A DNA stretch of 64,000 bases, from IMG/VR virus record IMGVR_UViG_2896054739_000007, positions 64,001 to 128,000 of that record. One strand, written 5' to 3'. Origin of the DNA: a virus (Duplodnaviria > Caudoviricetes). The translations under genes and the position numbers were made by a program. This document shows, one piece after another, positions 1 to 12,264 of this stretch; the stretch's first letter is position 1, and each line of letters opens with the position of its first letter. The notes beneath the pieces were generated by a model. It had not been told where the DNA came from. It ran no database searches and saw only the letters and a program-made list of their open reading frames with translations.

Positions 1-741
1 CACAGATCCCATACTTATACTGAAGATTCTTATATAATTCATTCCACATCTTGCTAAAATGAATTCCTGTCACAGCAGCAAGTTTTCTAATACCGGCATT
101 AAGTTTATTCCTGTCTTTCCATTCCAGAATACCTTCTGCTAACGCCTTATTATCATTTTCTAACTTCTGAATATGACGATTCTTAAATTCTACCAATTTT
201 GCAGATGCTACTGCCACAGCCGTTGCATCACCACTAGCAACTGCCATACCTACTGATAACATAAGACTCTGCTCTTCATCAATGTCGTGTGTCTTAGTTT
301 CGTCAGAAGTTTTCTCTTCTATATTGAGTAACTGTGTGCGAACTTCTTTTGCAACATTTGAATCTCTAAGTAACATTCCAACACGTAATATCGCTCTACG
401 AGGAAAAACTTTCTGACCTCTTGTCGGGAAATCAAGTAATGTCCCATCTTTAAAGAAAAATGTCACCTTCCCTTTTGATGTTTTCAAACTTTCATATTGC
501 AAGTTTGAAAGTTCCTTGTATTTTACAATACACATTCCATCCAATTCTAATTCATCGCAATGCCTACTATAAATAGATACAATTGCATCCTCTCCAACTT
601 CATAGAAATCTGCAACTTGTTTAACAGTCGATAGTTCTGTTCCTGGCAATAATAATAATTTTTTACCTTTTCCAAAACTTCATAATGACACACTGCATTA
701 TCCCTCAATTTCCTGTCATTAATAAATTGTGTTTCTACCAT
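1..741 (-). pseudogene. Phage antirepressor-like protein, frameshifted at a homopolymer run (659-664), runs off window
   Basis: MVETQ..VLEKVK continues in another frame as KLLLLPGTELSTVKQVADFYEV..FPRRAILRVGMLLRDSNVAKEVRTQLL, a motif typical of phage antirepressor-like proteins; may be a sequencing error. Confidence 0.6.
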
Positions 742-995
742 ATTCTATCATTTCCTTTCTGTGAAAAAATCTTGATCAATAGTTCCAATAACTATTTCTA
801 CAAAACTTTTCACATTTTCTCTAAAATCATACTTGCGATGCTCAATATTAAGTTATCAAGGTGCAACTTGGAGAAAATTGTGAGAAATCACTTGAAAAGA
901 AATGAAGTTTCTTTTATAATAGAACAGAAATCATTCTTTGAGTGATTCCATGACTGAGTGTAGCTGAGTTGTCCAGACTGTGAGCTACACTCTAT

Positions 996-1172
996 TTACT
1001 TTACTTCAACTGAAAGAATATTATTTACTAATTTCATTCTAATTTCATCATTTGCAAATGCTTTCATAAATGCTTCGAGAATAACATTTTGAGGTATTCC
1101 AGATTGATTACATTTGTCCTTAAAATCTCTTTGAATATTCTCTTCAATTGAACTTGTAAAGGCTTTTCTCAT
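996..1172 (-). CDS. Small ribbon-helix-helix-like DNA-binding protein (58 aa, not in ORF track)
   Basis: GGAGG RBS; MRKAFTSSIEENIQRDFKDKCNQSGIPQNVILEAFMKAF. Confidence 0.6.
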   Translation of the reverse strand: MRKAFTSSIEENIQRDFKDKCNQSGIPQNVILEAFMKAFANDEIRMKLVNNILSVEVK

Positions 1173-1549
1173 TTATTTCTACCTCCTTTACATTTATAAT
1201 TGTACACCATTTATATATGTTTGTTAACCATAAATCCTATAATAACAAAAGACACTGTATATTTCTATACAATGCCTTAAAATTATTTTTCTGATATTAA
1301 CTTACTCATTGTCATTAAATAAGTCTTCACGCCACTGAATAGGAACAACATCTTTTAAAGCCTCCTCTGATGATATAGTACCTATTTTTCTATTTTCTAA
1401 TTTAGACATATTTATTTTTCTATTCACTTCCCTCAAAGAAGCTTCTAATTCAGATAAGAAAATATCTTTATTATATTCAATATCTTCACTTATCATAAAA
1501 TTCTCCTTTTTAAAGGAATGGAATGTCAGTCCTTTTCAGTTTTTATCAC

Positions 1550-1909
1550 TTAAATACAATATTCTTTTATAATATTTGCAATTTCTTTCTTTGTTGGAAT
1601 GTTCTTATCTTCTTTCTTGTAGTAAATAGTTATCAGATATATTTCTTTATCATCTTTAACCACATAATATATAATCCGATAACCATTTGATTTTCCAACT
1701 TTTGTATTTGAATTAGCAACCCGCACTTTATAAGTATGATTATCTGTTGGAATATCTATATCCGGTATATCATCACCCACTAAATTACCAATCTCTAAAT
1801 CCTTTACAACACTGTCAATGTCATCTGTAATATTTTTAAACTTCTTCTTTTTCTCATAGTAATCAATATCTTGAAGAAATTTAGGAGTTGGTATCACTGT
1901 ATAATACAT
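1550..1909 (-). CDS. RelE/HigB-family toxin
   Basis: TPKF..YKVRVANSNTKVGKSNGYRIIYYV..IYLITIYYK pattern. Confidence 0.85.
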   Translation of the reverse strand: MYYTVIPTPKFLQDIDYYEKKKKFKNITDDIDSVVKDLEIGNLVGDDIPDIDIPTDNHTYKVRVANSNTKVGKSNGYRIIYYVVKDDKEIYLITIYYKKEDKNIPTKKEIANIIKEYCI

Positions 1910-1912
1910 ATC

Positions 1913-2119
1913 TCACTCGTTTTCCTCTCGTTTCTTATGTTCATCCATAAAATCTTTCCACGACTTCTTAGGAAGTTTACCTTCTCGTATGAGTTTTACT
2001 TCCTTAAATGATTCAATTATAGATTCTTGAATTGTACAATATCTTTCATCCAATGCAGCTATACTCATATCATCAACCTCCTTTTCAGCATTTATATCGT
2101 CAGTTTTGTTTGATTTCAT
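1913..2119 (-). CDS. Probable antitoxin of RelE-like toxin
   Basis: Immediately upstream of toxin; IIESFKEVKLIREGKLPKKSWKDF; start moved to ATG 2119 after GGGGTG RBS. Confidence 0.65.
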   Translation of the reverse strand: MKSNKTDDINAEKEVDDMSIAALDERYCTIQESIIESFKEVKLIREGKLPKKSWKDFMDEHKKREENE

Positions 2120-2442
2120 TATAACACCCCTAATTATGTTATGCAATACATTTCTTATTATAACCAAAATCACTTGAAATAGTTATTTTATGTCTAAACT
2201 GGTATTATATCGATAACCTTATCACAATGAATCTTTACTGATTCATCGCCAATATCCAAGTGAAAATCGTCTCCAAATGCTCCAACGCTTGTAAGAACTC
2301 CTTCAAAAATACCTTTGTCCGTCTTAACTTTCAATTTTTCTCCTTCAGAAATATGAAATTCAGAACCACCTTTTTTAAATTTATATTCCTGATATATTTT
2401 TAATGTATCCATAAATCCTCCTTTGAAATTTCACTTTCATAT

Positions 2443-2661
2443 CTATAAAAACAATCCAATTATTTGTAGTATACTCCCCATAATGATCAGAATTGTCCCT
2501 ATAATTACTTTCTTTTTATCCTTTTTAAAATCATCTGATAAGTTAGAAAACCATTCGCATGTCCCATAATATTTTTCTTTAGTAGAAAGAATAGACCATA
2601 AGCTAAATACTGTTCCAATCATAACTAAAATAATTCCTATTACATTCAAAATCTTATCCAT
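2443..2661 (-). CDS. Small two-TM membrane protein
   Basis: Two hydrophobic stretches; AAAGGAG RBS before ATG 2661. Confidence 0.6.
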   Translation of the reverse strand: MDKILNVIGIILVMIGTVFSLWSILSTKEKYYGTCEWFSNLSDDFKKDKKKVIIGTILIIMGSILQIIGLFL

Positions 2662-2702
2662 TAGTACGCTCCTTTCACCTATTGAAACAGAACATTTATG
2701 TC

Positions 2703-3437
2703 CTACATAAAATATTTGCACTTATCAAAATAAAACTGCTGCTCTTTTTCAAAAAGTGTAATCAATTTATCCAGACTTTTTTCTTCTCTATATTCTTTCA
2801 ATGCCTCCAGATACTCATTTCTATTTGCATCTTCAATCACAACCGGCACAACACCATTCTTCAAGCACTCCCTAAAGAGAATTAATCTTCCCGTCCTACC
2901 GTTCCCGTCTTGGAAAGGATGAATGCTTTCGTATCTTGCATGAAACTCAGCTAATACAGAAATATTTATCGTCTGACCATAATACCATTCCATTAGTAAA
3001 TACATTTCTTGGGCAACATCTTCTGGTCTTACAGTTTGATACATTCCAATCATATTAGGACGCTGCTTATAATCACCGATTGCATATCCGTTAGCACGAT
3101 CCTCAAACACTCCAGACTTCAACTCATAATGAAATTTCTTTATTAGTTCCTGTGTCAATGACTCATCCAAAGTGTCCAGCATTTTATTAAACATCAGAAA
3201 ATGACCATTCATCTCCTCAACATCTTTTGCTCTATAATAATCATCTGATTTCGGCAAAGTTCCATTATCAAACAAAGAAGCTGTTTGCTCCTCAGTAAGT
3301 GTGCTACCTTCAATCTTATTTGAGTTATAAGCAAGTAGACGCTGTGTGTATGCATATACACCCGATCTGTCAAATCGCTCTCTTTCAATTTCAAATCGTT
3401 CTAGAAGAAACTTTAAGAATTCTTTATTGTTACTCAT
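2703..3437 (-). CDS. fic: Fic-domain protein (class II-like)
   Basis: HPFQDGNGRTGR active site; N-terminal SNKIEG inhibitory motif. Confidence 0.92.
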   Translation of the reverse strand: MSNNKEFLKFLLERFEIERERFDRSGVYAYTQRLLAYNSNKIEGSTLTEEQTASLFDNGTLPKSDDYYRAKDVEEMNGHFLMFNKMLDTLDESLTQELIKKFHYELKSGVFEDRANGYAIGDYKQRPNMIGMYQTVRPEDVAQEMYLLMEWYYGQTINISVLAEFHARYESIHPFQDGNGRTGRLILFRECLKNGVVPVVIEDANRNEYLEALKEYREEKSLDKLITLFEKEQQFYFDKCKYFM

Positions 3438-3802
3438 ATCACACCTCTTCTCTGTCCATAAACCATCAAACTAGAATTTCAATGCTCTACTCTCCTTGAT
3501 GTCTTAATTTTCGCATATATTTCTCTACACTAATCTTTATATCTACATACGCATTTAGTCTTTCCTTCGCTCGTTCCAATTCAATTTCCGCTGAATCTAT
3601 CAAACATTGTTCATCTTCAAAATAACAACTTCGTTTCGTATCTTGAAAATTCTGTTCAGCTTTTTCAACAAGATTTTTTTGTTCTTTGCATTTTTTATCT
3701 AACCATTTGAATACATCTTTTACGCCTTCAGATTTCAACAATATCCCTCCTAAATACCCTTGAATCCAGCCTTTTATTGACTTTTTCACATAAAAAGATC
3801 TA

Positions 3803-4426
3803 TTATCTGTTATTCTCATAATAAAATGCTCTTAGTATAAGCACATATCTCATTTTAAAGAATCTAACATACCTATTATAAAAAATATATGTCATAAGGC
3901 AACTTATGATAGTCATAAAAAAATATGTACTATTTATGCAAATTAAAAACTTTATCACTGAAATTAAAAAAATCAAAACAAAATATATTGATAAACTTCT
4001 TGCCATACCTCCAATTGATTGTTGCTTATCTATTTCTATTGTGGTTTTATTTGATTTTATATAACATGCTTTACAATAATTATATATTTCTGAAACAGAA
4101 TCGTCCGTAAAGACAATATCCAGTTTATCACAAACGGTATTTGTAATAAAATCTATTTCTTTTTGTGATAAAGAAATATGTAAATCATTTGATACTTTAA
4201 ACACTGGTTTTAATAATTTTCTTCCACTAAATTTTGAACCTAATTCTTGAAAAACCATTCCAATAAAATAACTGATTATTAAAAATTGTAATGAATCATC
4301 AGCATCTATTTTAATATGAAAATTAAAAATCGGAAAAATTTTAATAGTAATAAGCAATATAATCATTCCGGTAAGCAATAGTACCATTAGATCATATATT
4401 CCTAACTTCTCTAATATTTTATCCAT
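3803..4426 (-). CDS. Multi-TM hypothetical membrane protein
   Basis: About four hydrophobic segments, very AT-rich. Confidence 0.6.
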   Translation of the reverse strand: MDKILEKLGIYDLMVLLLTGMIILLITIKIFPIFNFHIKIDADDSLQFLIISYFIGMVFQELGSKFSGRKLLKPVFKVSNDLHISLSQKEIDFITNTVCDKLDIVFTDDSVSEIYNYCKACYIKSNKTTIEIDKQQSIGGMARSLSIYFVLIFLISVIKFLICINSTYFFMTIISCLMTYIFYNRYVRFFKMRYVLILRAFYYENNR

Positions 4427-4450
4427 TCTAACACCTATAAAAACAGCATT

Positions 4451-4720
4451 TTATTTCATCTTATAATCTTTATACCACATTTTATACAATTCCTTATCCG
4501 AATACTTTCTATTTCCATTATACTTAGACCACCCCTTCTTATAGGAGTTAAAGGAATTTAAAAATTTATAGTCACAAATATCATAAGAGCAAAATAATTT
4601 TTTATATGCCCTTCCAGACGGAATGTCCAAATAATTTCTACGCAAATGTCTATTTGCACGCTTTTTCATTCCACGGTTATAATCCTTGCAACATGGAATT
4701 TTCTTATAACTTCTACTCAT
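4451..4720 (-). CDS. Basic hypothetical phage protein
   Basis: MSRSYKKIPCCKD..YKKLFCSYDICDY; bounded by palindromic sites. Confidence 0.65.
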   Translation of the reverse strand: MSRSYKKIPCCKDYNRGMKKRANRHLRRNYLDIPSGRAYKKLFCSYDICDYKFLNSFNSYKKGWSKYNGNRKYSDKELYKMWYKDYKMK

Positions 4721-4756
4721 AACATTTCCCTCTTAAAAGCAACAATTCATTGCAAA

Positions 4757-5859
4757 CTATTTTCTTCGATTCATTTCTTCTTTTAATTCTGATATCGGAA
4801 TTATCCATCCATTTTCTTTATAACTGCTTATTCTAGCAAATATATCATTAGACTGAGAAAATATTTGTACAGCAGTATTGAAAGGTTCTATTGATATCTG
4901 CCCTAAAACATTAAATACTATGTCTGATGCAGAAATTTTTAATGAATTATTTGCAAATTTCCATACTGATTCATCAAAATATTTCACTATATCTTCATGT
5001 GATATTTCCTTAGATACAGAAAGGTCTTCTGCTAATAATGGCAGCGTTCTAAATCTATCTTTCTGTTTTGCATCATATATTGTTTTTATAGGAAGTTCTG
5101 TAATATCTGGAAGAGTTTCTGAAAAAAGCAATTTTACAGTTTCGTCTTTCTTTATTCCCCTAAATTCAAATAATTCTTTAGTATTTGAATAGTATTTTTT
5201 TATTCCTTTAGATGAAAAAAATAATGGCAAATCACTCTCTTCATTACCTATAGTTTCAATATCTTCTCCGTCAAATATAAAAACAGGCATTTCTTTTAAG
5301 AATTCCATCAGCATAATATGGCTTAAAGAATATATTGTATTCACTCCATAAGTTTGTTTATAATACTCAGATATAATCAAATCCTGTAATAATGTTTGTA
5401 TCCATCCAATATTTTTTTCACAATTTTTTCTGGATATATATTGCATAATTTATTATATACAAACAAAAACAATTCTGAACTTGGAAAGATAGAATGTTTA
5501 TCATTATTATAATAATACCAAAAAACATCGTCTATAAAATTATCATTAAAACTATGTAAAGAATATATATTTTGCAGTATTTTTTTATTGATAAGTTTTC
5601 TTACTGTCTCGATATCACCATTTAAATAATATTCTACTAATGAATAAGTGTTAAGATCAAGAAGAGAGCATCCATCTTCATCACTTTTCAATAAATCATT
5701 TTTATCTGCATATAATTCTTTTTTCTTTAGCGATTCCAAATGAAATGTTCTTATATATATTGTATCATATGCCAATATTCCTAAATAGAATGCTTCTTTT
5801 TCATCTTGTCCAATTCTATTTAATTGCGCTCCTGGAAAAAAAGCAGTATATTTCTTCAT
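4757..5859 (-). pseudogene. Hypothetical protein split into two overlapping ORFs, likely one gene frameshifted at an A7 run (~5412-5418)
   Basis: One extra A joins ..IYPEKIVKK to NIGWIQTLLQDLII.. Confidence 0.5.
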
Positions 5860-7181
5860 AATCTATATCCCTCTTCTCTTGTATATTCGATAAAAACCGG
5901 ATTTCAAGACTATCATTTACCAATTACAAACATCTCTATAAAGCAATCTATGAGAATTGCACATTTTTTCTTCGTTAAGAGAATCTAATTCCTTTTGACA
6001 ATCTTCATTCCAAGTTCCAGAAATTTTCTTATTAAGTAAAATTCTTAATTTGCTTTCGATTTCCAATTCAGTATCGTAATCTGTCTTATCATTATTTGGA
6101 AATTCCATATTAAACGCATATGTCATTTTAGAAACCAACACGCCCATGCATTCGGTACATAAATTTATTTTTAATGGATTCAAATTTCCTATAGTAATTG
6201 AATATATTTTTCTATATTCATCTTGCTTCTCGTTACAATTTAAACACGAAGTATATTTACCATTATCTAATCCAACATCAAGCATGATATCCTCCAATCT
6301 AAAAATTTACTGTTGCAAATTTATATCATAAATATTTTCCACAACATTTAGCAATGAGTATCCGTACCCACCAAGCAATCCTTCCCACTCACAATATTCA
6401 TTAAACACATCCTGTTTCGACATACTCATAATATCTCCATCTTGTGATGTATCACCAGGTTCTAATCCTCTACGCTGTCTAAGAGCCTCCATGACTTTCT
6501 TATTATATGTCTTCTGTGCTGGTTCCAACCAATTCACACTGACATGTTTCTGTTCCATTTCTCCATCTTCTGTTTCAAAATTCACATCACATTCTTCCTC
6601 GGATTCCCATGCATATCCAATAAAGAATCCATATTGCTTCAAATTTTTGTGATAAACTCTATCTCCATGTTTGAATTTCTTATCCATACTTACCTCCACT
6701 TTCATCCACACTTTATAACAATCTTATCAAATATTCTCTGCTCTAACTTATCAAAATCAACTGATAAAATTCCATCATTTATCATCTCATTTATTTCATC
6801 CAATCTTACAAATACTCCATTTGGATTAGTCACACTCATACAAAATTCGCTTGGATATAATTTATTCTCATTCCTGATTGTTTGCTACCATAGTTGGCTT
6901 CTAAATGGATTATTCATATAACTTCCTCCAAACGATTTTTCAAATCATTCTGAACCTGTCCAAGTGTCTCAATTCTTGATTCTATTTTTGCGTATTCAAT
7001 GCCGCACAAATAAACTTCTTTTGCTGCATCATTTTCTAACTCAACAAATTTATCTTCGATCAGCTTTACACATCTATCAATTTCTTCCTGAATCTCAGTT
7101 ATGTATTCTTTTACTTTTTCTCTCATATCTGGCATAATACTTCTCTCCTAATGAAAATCGAATTTCATTATCAATCATTCT

Positions 7182-7889
7182 CTACTTATCATTATCTAAT
7201 TTACAAACCAAATATCCAATTACAATTCCTATAGCAATTAAAGCAAGCACTATACAAAAAGTTACTTTTCCAACTATACCAACGATAATTGCTACTATAA
7301 TCAAAATCAATATTATTATTAAAAATTTTATCGGCTTCTTTTTTACTGTATGTACATACTTTTCTCCATTTTTATTTCTATTTATTTTTTCTGCTAATTT
7401 TTTCTCCAATAATTTTAACTCATATTCTTTTTGATTCATTTTATTATCTCCAAACTCAACTAAAAAGTAAAGTGGAGGAAACGGAATAAAAAAGACACCA
7501 ACGAATACCAATACAATTAGAATAAACAATATAATCAAAACAATATATAACCCTAAAAGTTCGTACATGTTTTCTGCTGTGATAGGTATAGATTGCAATT
7601 TCTGAAACATTTCAATAAAATTAGGAATACTACTAATTTTATTGAATACTAAATTGACTAAAAGTCCAAAAATAATAGTAATTATAATTGGAAAAAATAA
7701 AATATTTCTCCTGTTAAGATATGATTTCAATTGATATTTTCTGCATATCATATCATTTTCAGAAATATCTTCTTCGCTATAAAATTTATCAATTCGCTTT
7801 TGTGATTCCAAATTTTCTTCATATAAATCATATTCCCATTTACGTCTTATCTTTTTCAAATCTTTGTCTAATGTTTTGTATTTTTCCAT
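7182..7889 (-). CDS. Multi-TM membrane protein
   Basis: Several long hydrophobic segments. Confidence 0.65.
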   Translation of the reverse strand: MEKYKTLDKDLKKIRRKWEYDLYEENLESQKRIDKFYSEEDISENDMICRKYQLKSYLNRRNILFFPIIITIIFGLLVNLVFNKISSIPNFIEMFQKLQSIPITAENMYELLGLYIVLIILFILIVLVFVGVFFIPFPPLYFLVEFGDNKMNQKEYELKLLEKKLAEKINRNKNGEKYVHTVKKKPIKFLIIILILIIVAIIVGIVGKVTFCIVLALIAIGIVIGYLVCKLDNDK

Positions 7890-7964
7890 ATTTATCTCCT
7901 CAGTTTGAATTCGTTCATTATAACAAATATTATCACCATACCCTTGAAATCAAATTTTCAATTA

Positions 7965-8657
7965 CTAATCCAATTTAATATCAACTGGATTTTCCAATTT
8001 CAAAAATTCGTCCTTATGTTCTACCAAAGCAGCACTAGCAATGGAATTAATCTTATTTTGGCAGAAAGATTCTATTTCTCCTTTTGCTTCCATTACTGTC
8101 TTGTCCATTTGTTCATTAAACTGATCTGCAATAAAATCCATATTACACCCGATTTCCATACTCAGTTTAGACAATTTACTGAGAATTTCTTGCTTGTCTG
8201 CTTTTGTAAGTGTTTTCTTTTGATTAAATAGTTCTGTTACATCTTTAATAATTTGCTGTGACTCCATAGTTGCTTCTTTTCTTTTTTCTTTAAACTCATC
8301 AGCAAATTGTTCTCTCTTACTAACAAAATCACAGTCTGGTATACGTCCATCTCTTTCTGTCCAACGCACAGTAACTGGAACGCCACTTCCCATATTCATT
8401 GATGTAATAGCTTCAGCAAATTGTAAATAACTCATTTCTACTTCTACAATCTTTTTGTCACCATAAATAGAATCATAATGCAACCCCCTTGTAATATCTG
8501 CATGATATAAAGTCATTGCAATTGTGTCCCTATGTTCTATACTACTTCCAAATAGCGGTGTCGTTCCTCCTGTCCTTCTACTAAACGCCAATGTTCCATA
8601 ACTCGGATGACTTGTTTTTGTTCCAAATTGCGTATTTTCTACTTTATAATCACTCAT
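7965..8657 (-). CDS. Hypothetical phage protein
   Basis: 230-aa ORF; HPSYG..VEMSYLQFAEAITSMNMGSGVPVT. Confidence 0.7.
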   Translation of the reverse strand: MSDYKVENTQFGTKTSHPSYGTLAFSRRTGGTTPLFGSSIEHRDTIAMTLYHADITRGLHYDSIYGDKKIVEVEMSYLQFAEAITSMNMGSGVPVTVRWTERDGRIPDCDFVSKREQFADEFKEKRKEATMESQQIIKDVTELFNQKKTLTKADKQEILSKLSKLSMEIGCNMDFIADQFNEQMDKTVMEAKGEIESFCQNKINSIASAALVEHKDEFLKLENPVDIKLD

Positions 8658-8862
8658 AATATTTTCATCTCTTTCTCCAATAAAATCAATCTTTCATTTT
8701 CTGATTTATTTATACACTAATATCTCTAATGCTTTCTCCAATTCTCATCTTCCCACTTTTATATTACTACTATCTGCTAACGCTTCACGCTTTAGCTTCT
8801 CTTAATTTATCATATGCCTCTTTACGAGTCATAATCTTCCTTCCATATTATACCATATATTA

Positions 8863-9858
8863 TTACTCAAGTGTTAATTTTTCTCTAATACCATATCCTC
8901 CATCTACATAAGTATTTACCGTAATATTAACATTTTTATGTCCTAATTGTTGCTGTGCAAAAGCTGCTCCATATTTTTCCGTTGTTACAGTTCCGTACCA
9001 ATGTCTAATCATATGCGGTGTAAGTTTTTTGCAACTATATACCTTAAATATTGCTCTCACATCGGACTCTTGCATTCTTTTCCCTGTCTTATTTAAAAAA
9101 ACTGCTTTATTGTCTACAATGTTTATTGTATTTCTGACTTCAAACCATTCCAAGAATGCGTTTTTTGTAGTATTATTAAGCAAAACATTTCTTCCTTTTT
9201 CAATGTGATACACCCCTTTCCCCATCACTCTGATATGTGGAGACTTTTCAATTTCACTTCCATCTAAAAATAAAGAAGAAAATTCCAATTCTACAAGTTC
9301 ACATTCTCTCAAACCTGTATTCATCAGAATTGTAAGAATAAGAAGATTCCTCTCCCTTACAAAACTATCATTCTTCTTTTTCTGAATAATATTTCTTCTC
9401 ATTTCATCCAAATCTTCTTTTGATGGCATTTTAACATAGCGATTATATCCAGAATCTAAACCTTCATATGCTACATCTTCAACAATATTACAATTTACTG
9501 GGACACTGGGAGAATTAACCATAGATCTCCAAAAACTTCTAAAGATATTCTTCCTTGTATTTAATGTGGTCGGTGATATACCTTCACTTTGTTTTTCTTC
9601 TAAATACATATTTATATAAGCCGATTCTATATATGTCATATCGGACTGCACAATCTCTGATATACTATTTTTCTGAATTATCCTTTTATCAATCAGCCAT
9701 TGTAATAAATTCTTAATTACAGAATAATAATTCAATGCACCTAATTTACTTTTCCTATTTAAAAGATAAAATTGTATAAACATTGGTATATTATCTTCAT
9801 TCATTTTTCTCTGTAACTTTTCTGAATTCTTCTTTTGAACTTCATCTTTATAACACAT
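8863..9858 (-). CDS. Tyrosine recombinase (Xer/integrase family)
   Basis: TGLRECEL, MGKG, TPHMIRH, LGH..TVNTY: catalytic R-K-H-R-H-Y present. Confidence 0.93.
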   Translation of the reverse strand: MCYKDEVQKKNSEKLQRKMNEDNIPMFIQFYLLNRKSKLGALNYYSVIKNLLQWLIDKRIIQKNSISEIVQSDMTYIESAYINMYLEEKQSEGISPTTLNTRKNIFRSFWRSMVNSPSVPVNCNIVEDVAYEGLDSGYNRYVKMPSKEDLDEMRRNIIQKKKNDSFVRERNLLILTILMNTGLRECELVELEFSSLFLDGSEIEKSPHIRVMGKGVYHIEKGRNVLLNNTTKNAFLEWFEVRNTINIVDNKAVFLNKTGKRMQESDVRAIFKVYSCKKLTPHMIRHWYGTVTTEKYGAAFAQQQLGHKNVNITVNTYVDGGYGIREKLTLE

Positions 9859-9965
9859 AATAAATCCATCCTTTCTAAAAGTTTTACCTCTACATTATAT
9901 TTCTACATTAAAAAAGAAAAAAGCACTAACGATTTACGCCAATGCCCTTAATCAACTTACAACTA

Positions 9966-10220
9966 TCAATAATGATATCTACAAGTAAACACTATTAAAT
10001 TGCTTCCTTCTACTTGATATACTAACCTATGTTCATCCGTTATTCTTCTACTCCACTTTCTAGCCAAATCATATTTTAGTGGTTCTGGTTTCCCCACACC
10101 TTCAAAAGGATTTCTCTTTATATCTTTGATCAATTCGTTGATTCTCTTGACAATCTTTTTATCCATCTTTTGCCAGTAAAGATAATCTTCCCAAGCATTT
10201 TCTGTGAAAGACACATTCAT
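9966..10220 (-). CDS. yoeB: Txe/YoeB toxin
   Basis: AWEDYLYWQ..PFEGVGKPEPLKY..WSRRITDEHRLVY..CRYHY. Confidence 0.95.
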   Translation of the reverse strand: MNVSFTENAWEDYLYWQKMDKKIVKRINELIKDIKRNPFEGVGKPEPLKYDLARKWSRRITDEHRLVYQVEGSNLIVFTCRYHY

Positions 10221-10223
10221 AAA

Positions 10224-10475
10224 CTAATCCTCCACATCAAAATTTACAAGTTTTCCATCTTCAGCTTGCTTGATAGACTCTTTCAACCACTCATAATTCG
10301 CTTTACTTTCCCTTATATGAAGATTTTCCATCAGATTATCATACTGTGCCTGAGACATAAGCACAACATTTTCATCGTTTTTTCTCGTAATTATTGCGAT
10401 ATCAGAATCATGTACAACCCGATCGCAAACTTCTTTGAAGTTATTCCTTACATTTGAAAAATTTGTTGCTATCAT
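10224..10475 (-). CDS. yefM: Phd/YefM antitoxin
   Basis: NFSNVRNNFK..IITRKNDENVVLMS; upstream of yoeB. Confidence 0.93.
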   Translation of the reverse strand: MIATNFSNVRNNFKEVCDRVVHDSDIAIITRKNDENVVLMSQAQYDNLMENLHIRESKANYEWLKESIKQAEDGKLVNFDVED

Positions 10476-10497
10476 ACAATCACTCTCCTTTGAATAT

Positions 10498-10550
10498 AGT
10501 ATATGTCATATTCATAGTTTTGTCAATATTTTGTACAATATTCTGTGCAA
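10498..10550 (-). promoter_or_regulatory. sigmaA promoter of yefM-yoeB with TGTACA operator-like palindrome
   Basis: TTGACA(10526-21)-17-TATACT(10503-498); TTGTACAA at 10531. Confidence 0.75.
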
Positions 10551-11203
10551 CTATGTATCACAAGTTGAAACGATGATTTCAAAGCTATATTACCAATACT
10601 TTGATGAATGAATACTTATTTTGTTCATATGTTTTGTGACTTCCATATACTCATCCATTCTTCCATATGTGACTTCATTCATAAAAGAATATAACCATCC
10701 GAATTTTGCAAGTGCAATTTCTGTATTGTGTTTTCTTTCTTCTCTGATCTTTTGTTGACGCTCTAATTCTGTTTTCTGTTCCACATCTGTAAGACTCTTG
10801 AACCATTCACTATATAAGTGCTTCCCATACCATTTATCCAATTTGTATATGGAATTTTCCTCCAAGGAATAAACCATTTATACAATGCATACCAAGCCAT
10901 AAATCAAGCACCTTCTTTCAATTTTTAATCATTTCAAAGTCATTTAACTATATTTAATTATCATTATATTCCAAACAAACATCCATAGATTTTTCTCCGT
11001 CTACACAACAAAAACAATGACTACAAGTTCCACCATTAATTTGACTTTCTTTACAAGTTCTACATTTACAATAAACATCATCATTAGCACAAAAAGCATC
11101 CATATTCATATTCTTCCTCCAATCATTTTATATAAACTACTTCTCTTTTTCGTGAAGAAGTATAAAGCACGATCCAACACATATACAGCGTGGAATATAC
11201 AAA

Positions 11204-12241
11204 TTAACTTGCTAAAGTCTTTACACTTCCAAAATATTTATCATAATCCTTCTTAATTTCTTCCACCCTCTTCATAACAGCAGAATTCTTCCCTGTTCCA
11301 CGTCCGGCAGCATCATTATACGCCTTAGAAGTTGTGGCAGATTTCTTTCCACTAAAGAAATTTACAAACCACTCCATCATCTGTTTGTCTGAATAACCTT
11401 CATTAAGCGACTCTGCAACAATCGGCACAATACTAATCATATGTGTTCTGGCATAAATCCTTTTTGCAATTTTCTTATCCTCTATCATGGTATGAATATT
11501 GTAAATACGATCAAATACTTCTGTTAAAAGAAGTTCATCATCTTTTGTAATATCTGCCTTTCTCATATATGGACGAATCCACTTGGCATCCGTAGAAACT
11601 TCCTTATCATTAAGAATTGCATGTGCTTTTGCCACCATATCTTCATTCACATGTCCATCTAAAGCTGTCTGACTTAAAGCATCAGCAAACAGCTTATGCT
11701 TCCCAAGATTGATAATCTGTTCCTTTGATTTCGCCTTTACACGGTTCATCGTAGCAGCGTTTAATGCCTGACCATTATTCAGATTATAGAATGTATCCGC
11801 CTGTTCTTCCTGATCCGCATTGTCCGTATAGCAAATTGCGAATGAATACTCCTTAATAGCGTTCTGGAAACATTCAGGAAGATCACTAAATTTGTATCCA
11901 TTGACATCAATTTCTTCTGTTTCTCCATCATCATTTACCACTGTAAATTCCTCAAGTCCACTCAATTCAAACTCATCTTTCAGGAATTTAATAATAGTTA
12001 ATGTTCTCTGCTTCCCATCTTCTCCCTCGTAAACATCTTCTACTTTATTGAAATACAGAGGAGGAACATGTCTATCCAATATCAAAGAGCGAATCAAAGC
12101 AGATTTCTTATCATTATCTTTCCACACATAACCCCTTTGAATATCAATGTTAAAATTCACTGTTCCGTCTTCCACTAATTCAACAAGTTTCCGTGCCGTC
12201 CACTCTGTTCTTCCACGATCCGCACCTTTAATTATCTTCAT
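11204..12241 (-). CDS. DUF262/GmrSD-N ParB-like domain protein
   Basis: IQRGYVW, EDGKQRT, FYNLNNG motifs. Confidence 0.8.
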   Translation of the reverse strand: MKIIKGADRGRTEWTARKLVELVEDGTVNFNIDIQRGYVWKDNDKKSALIRSLILDRHVPPLYFNKVEDVYEGEDGKQRTLTIIKFLKDEFELSGLEEFTVVNDDGETEEIDVNGYKFSDLPECFQNAIKEYSFAICYTDNADQEEQADTFYNLNNGQALNAATMNRVKAKSKEQIINLGKHKLFADALSQTALDGHVNEDMVAKAHAILNDKEVSTDAKWIRPYMRKADITKDDELLLTEVFDRIYNIHTMIEDKKIAKRIYARTHMISIVPIVAESLNEGYSDKQMMEWFVNFFSGKKSATTSKAYNDAAGRGTGKNSAVMKRVEEIKKDYDKYFGSVKTLAS

Positions 12242-12264
12242 GACATTTCCTCCATTTCACCAAA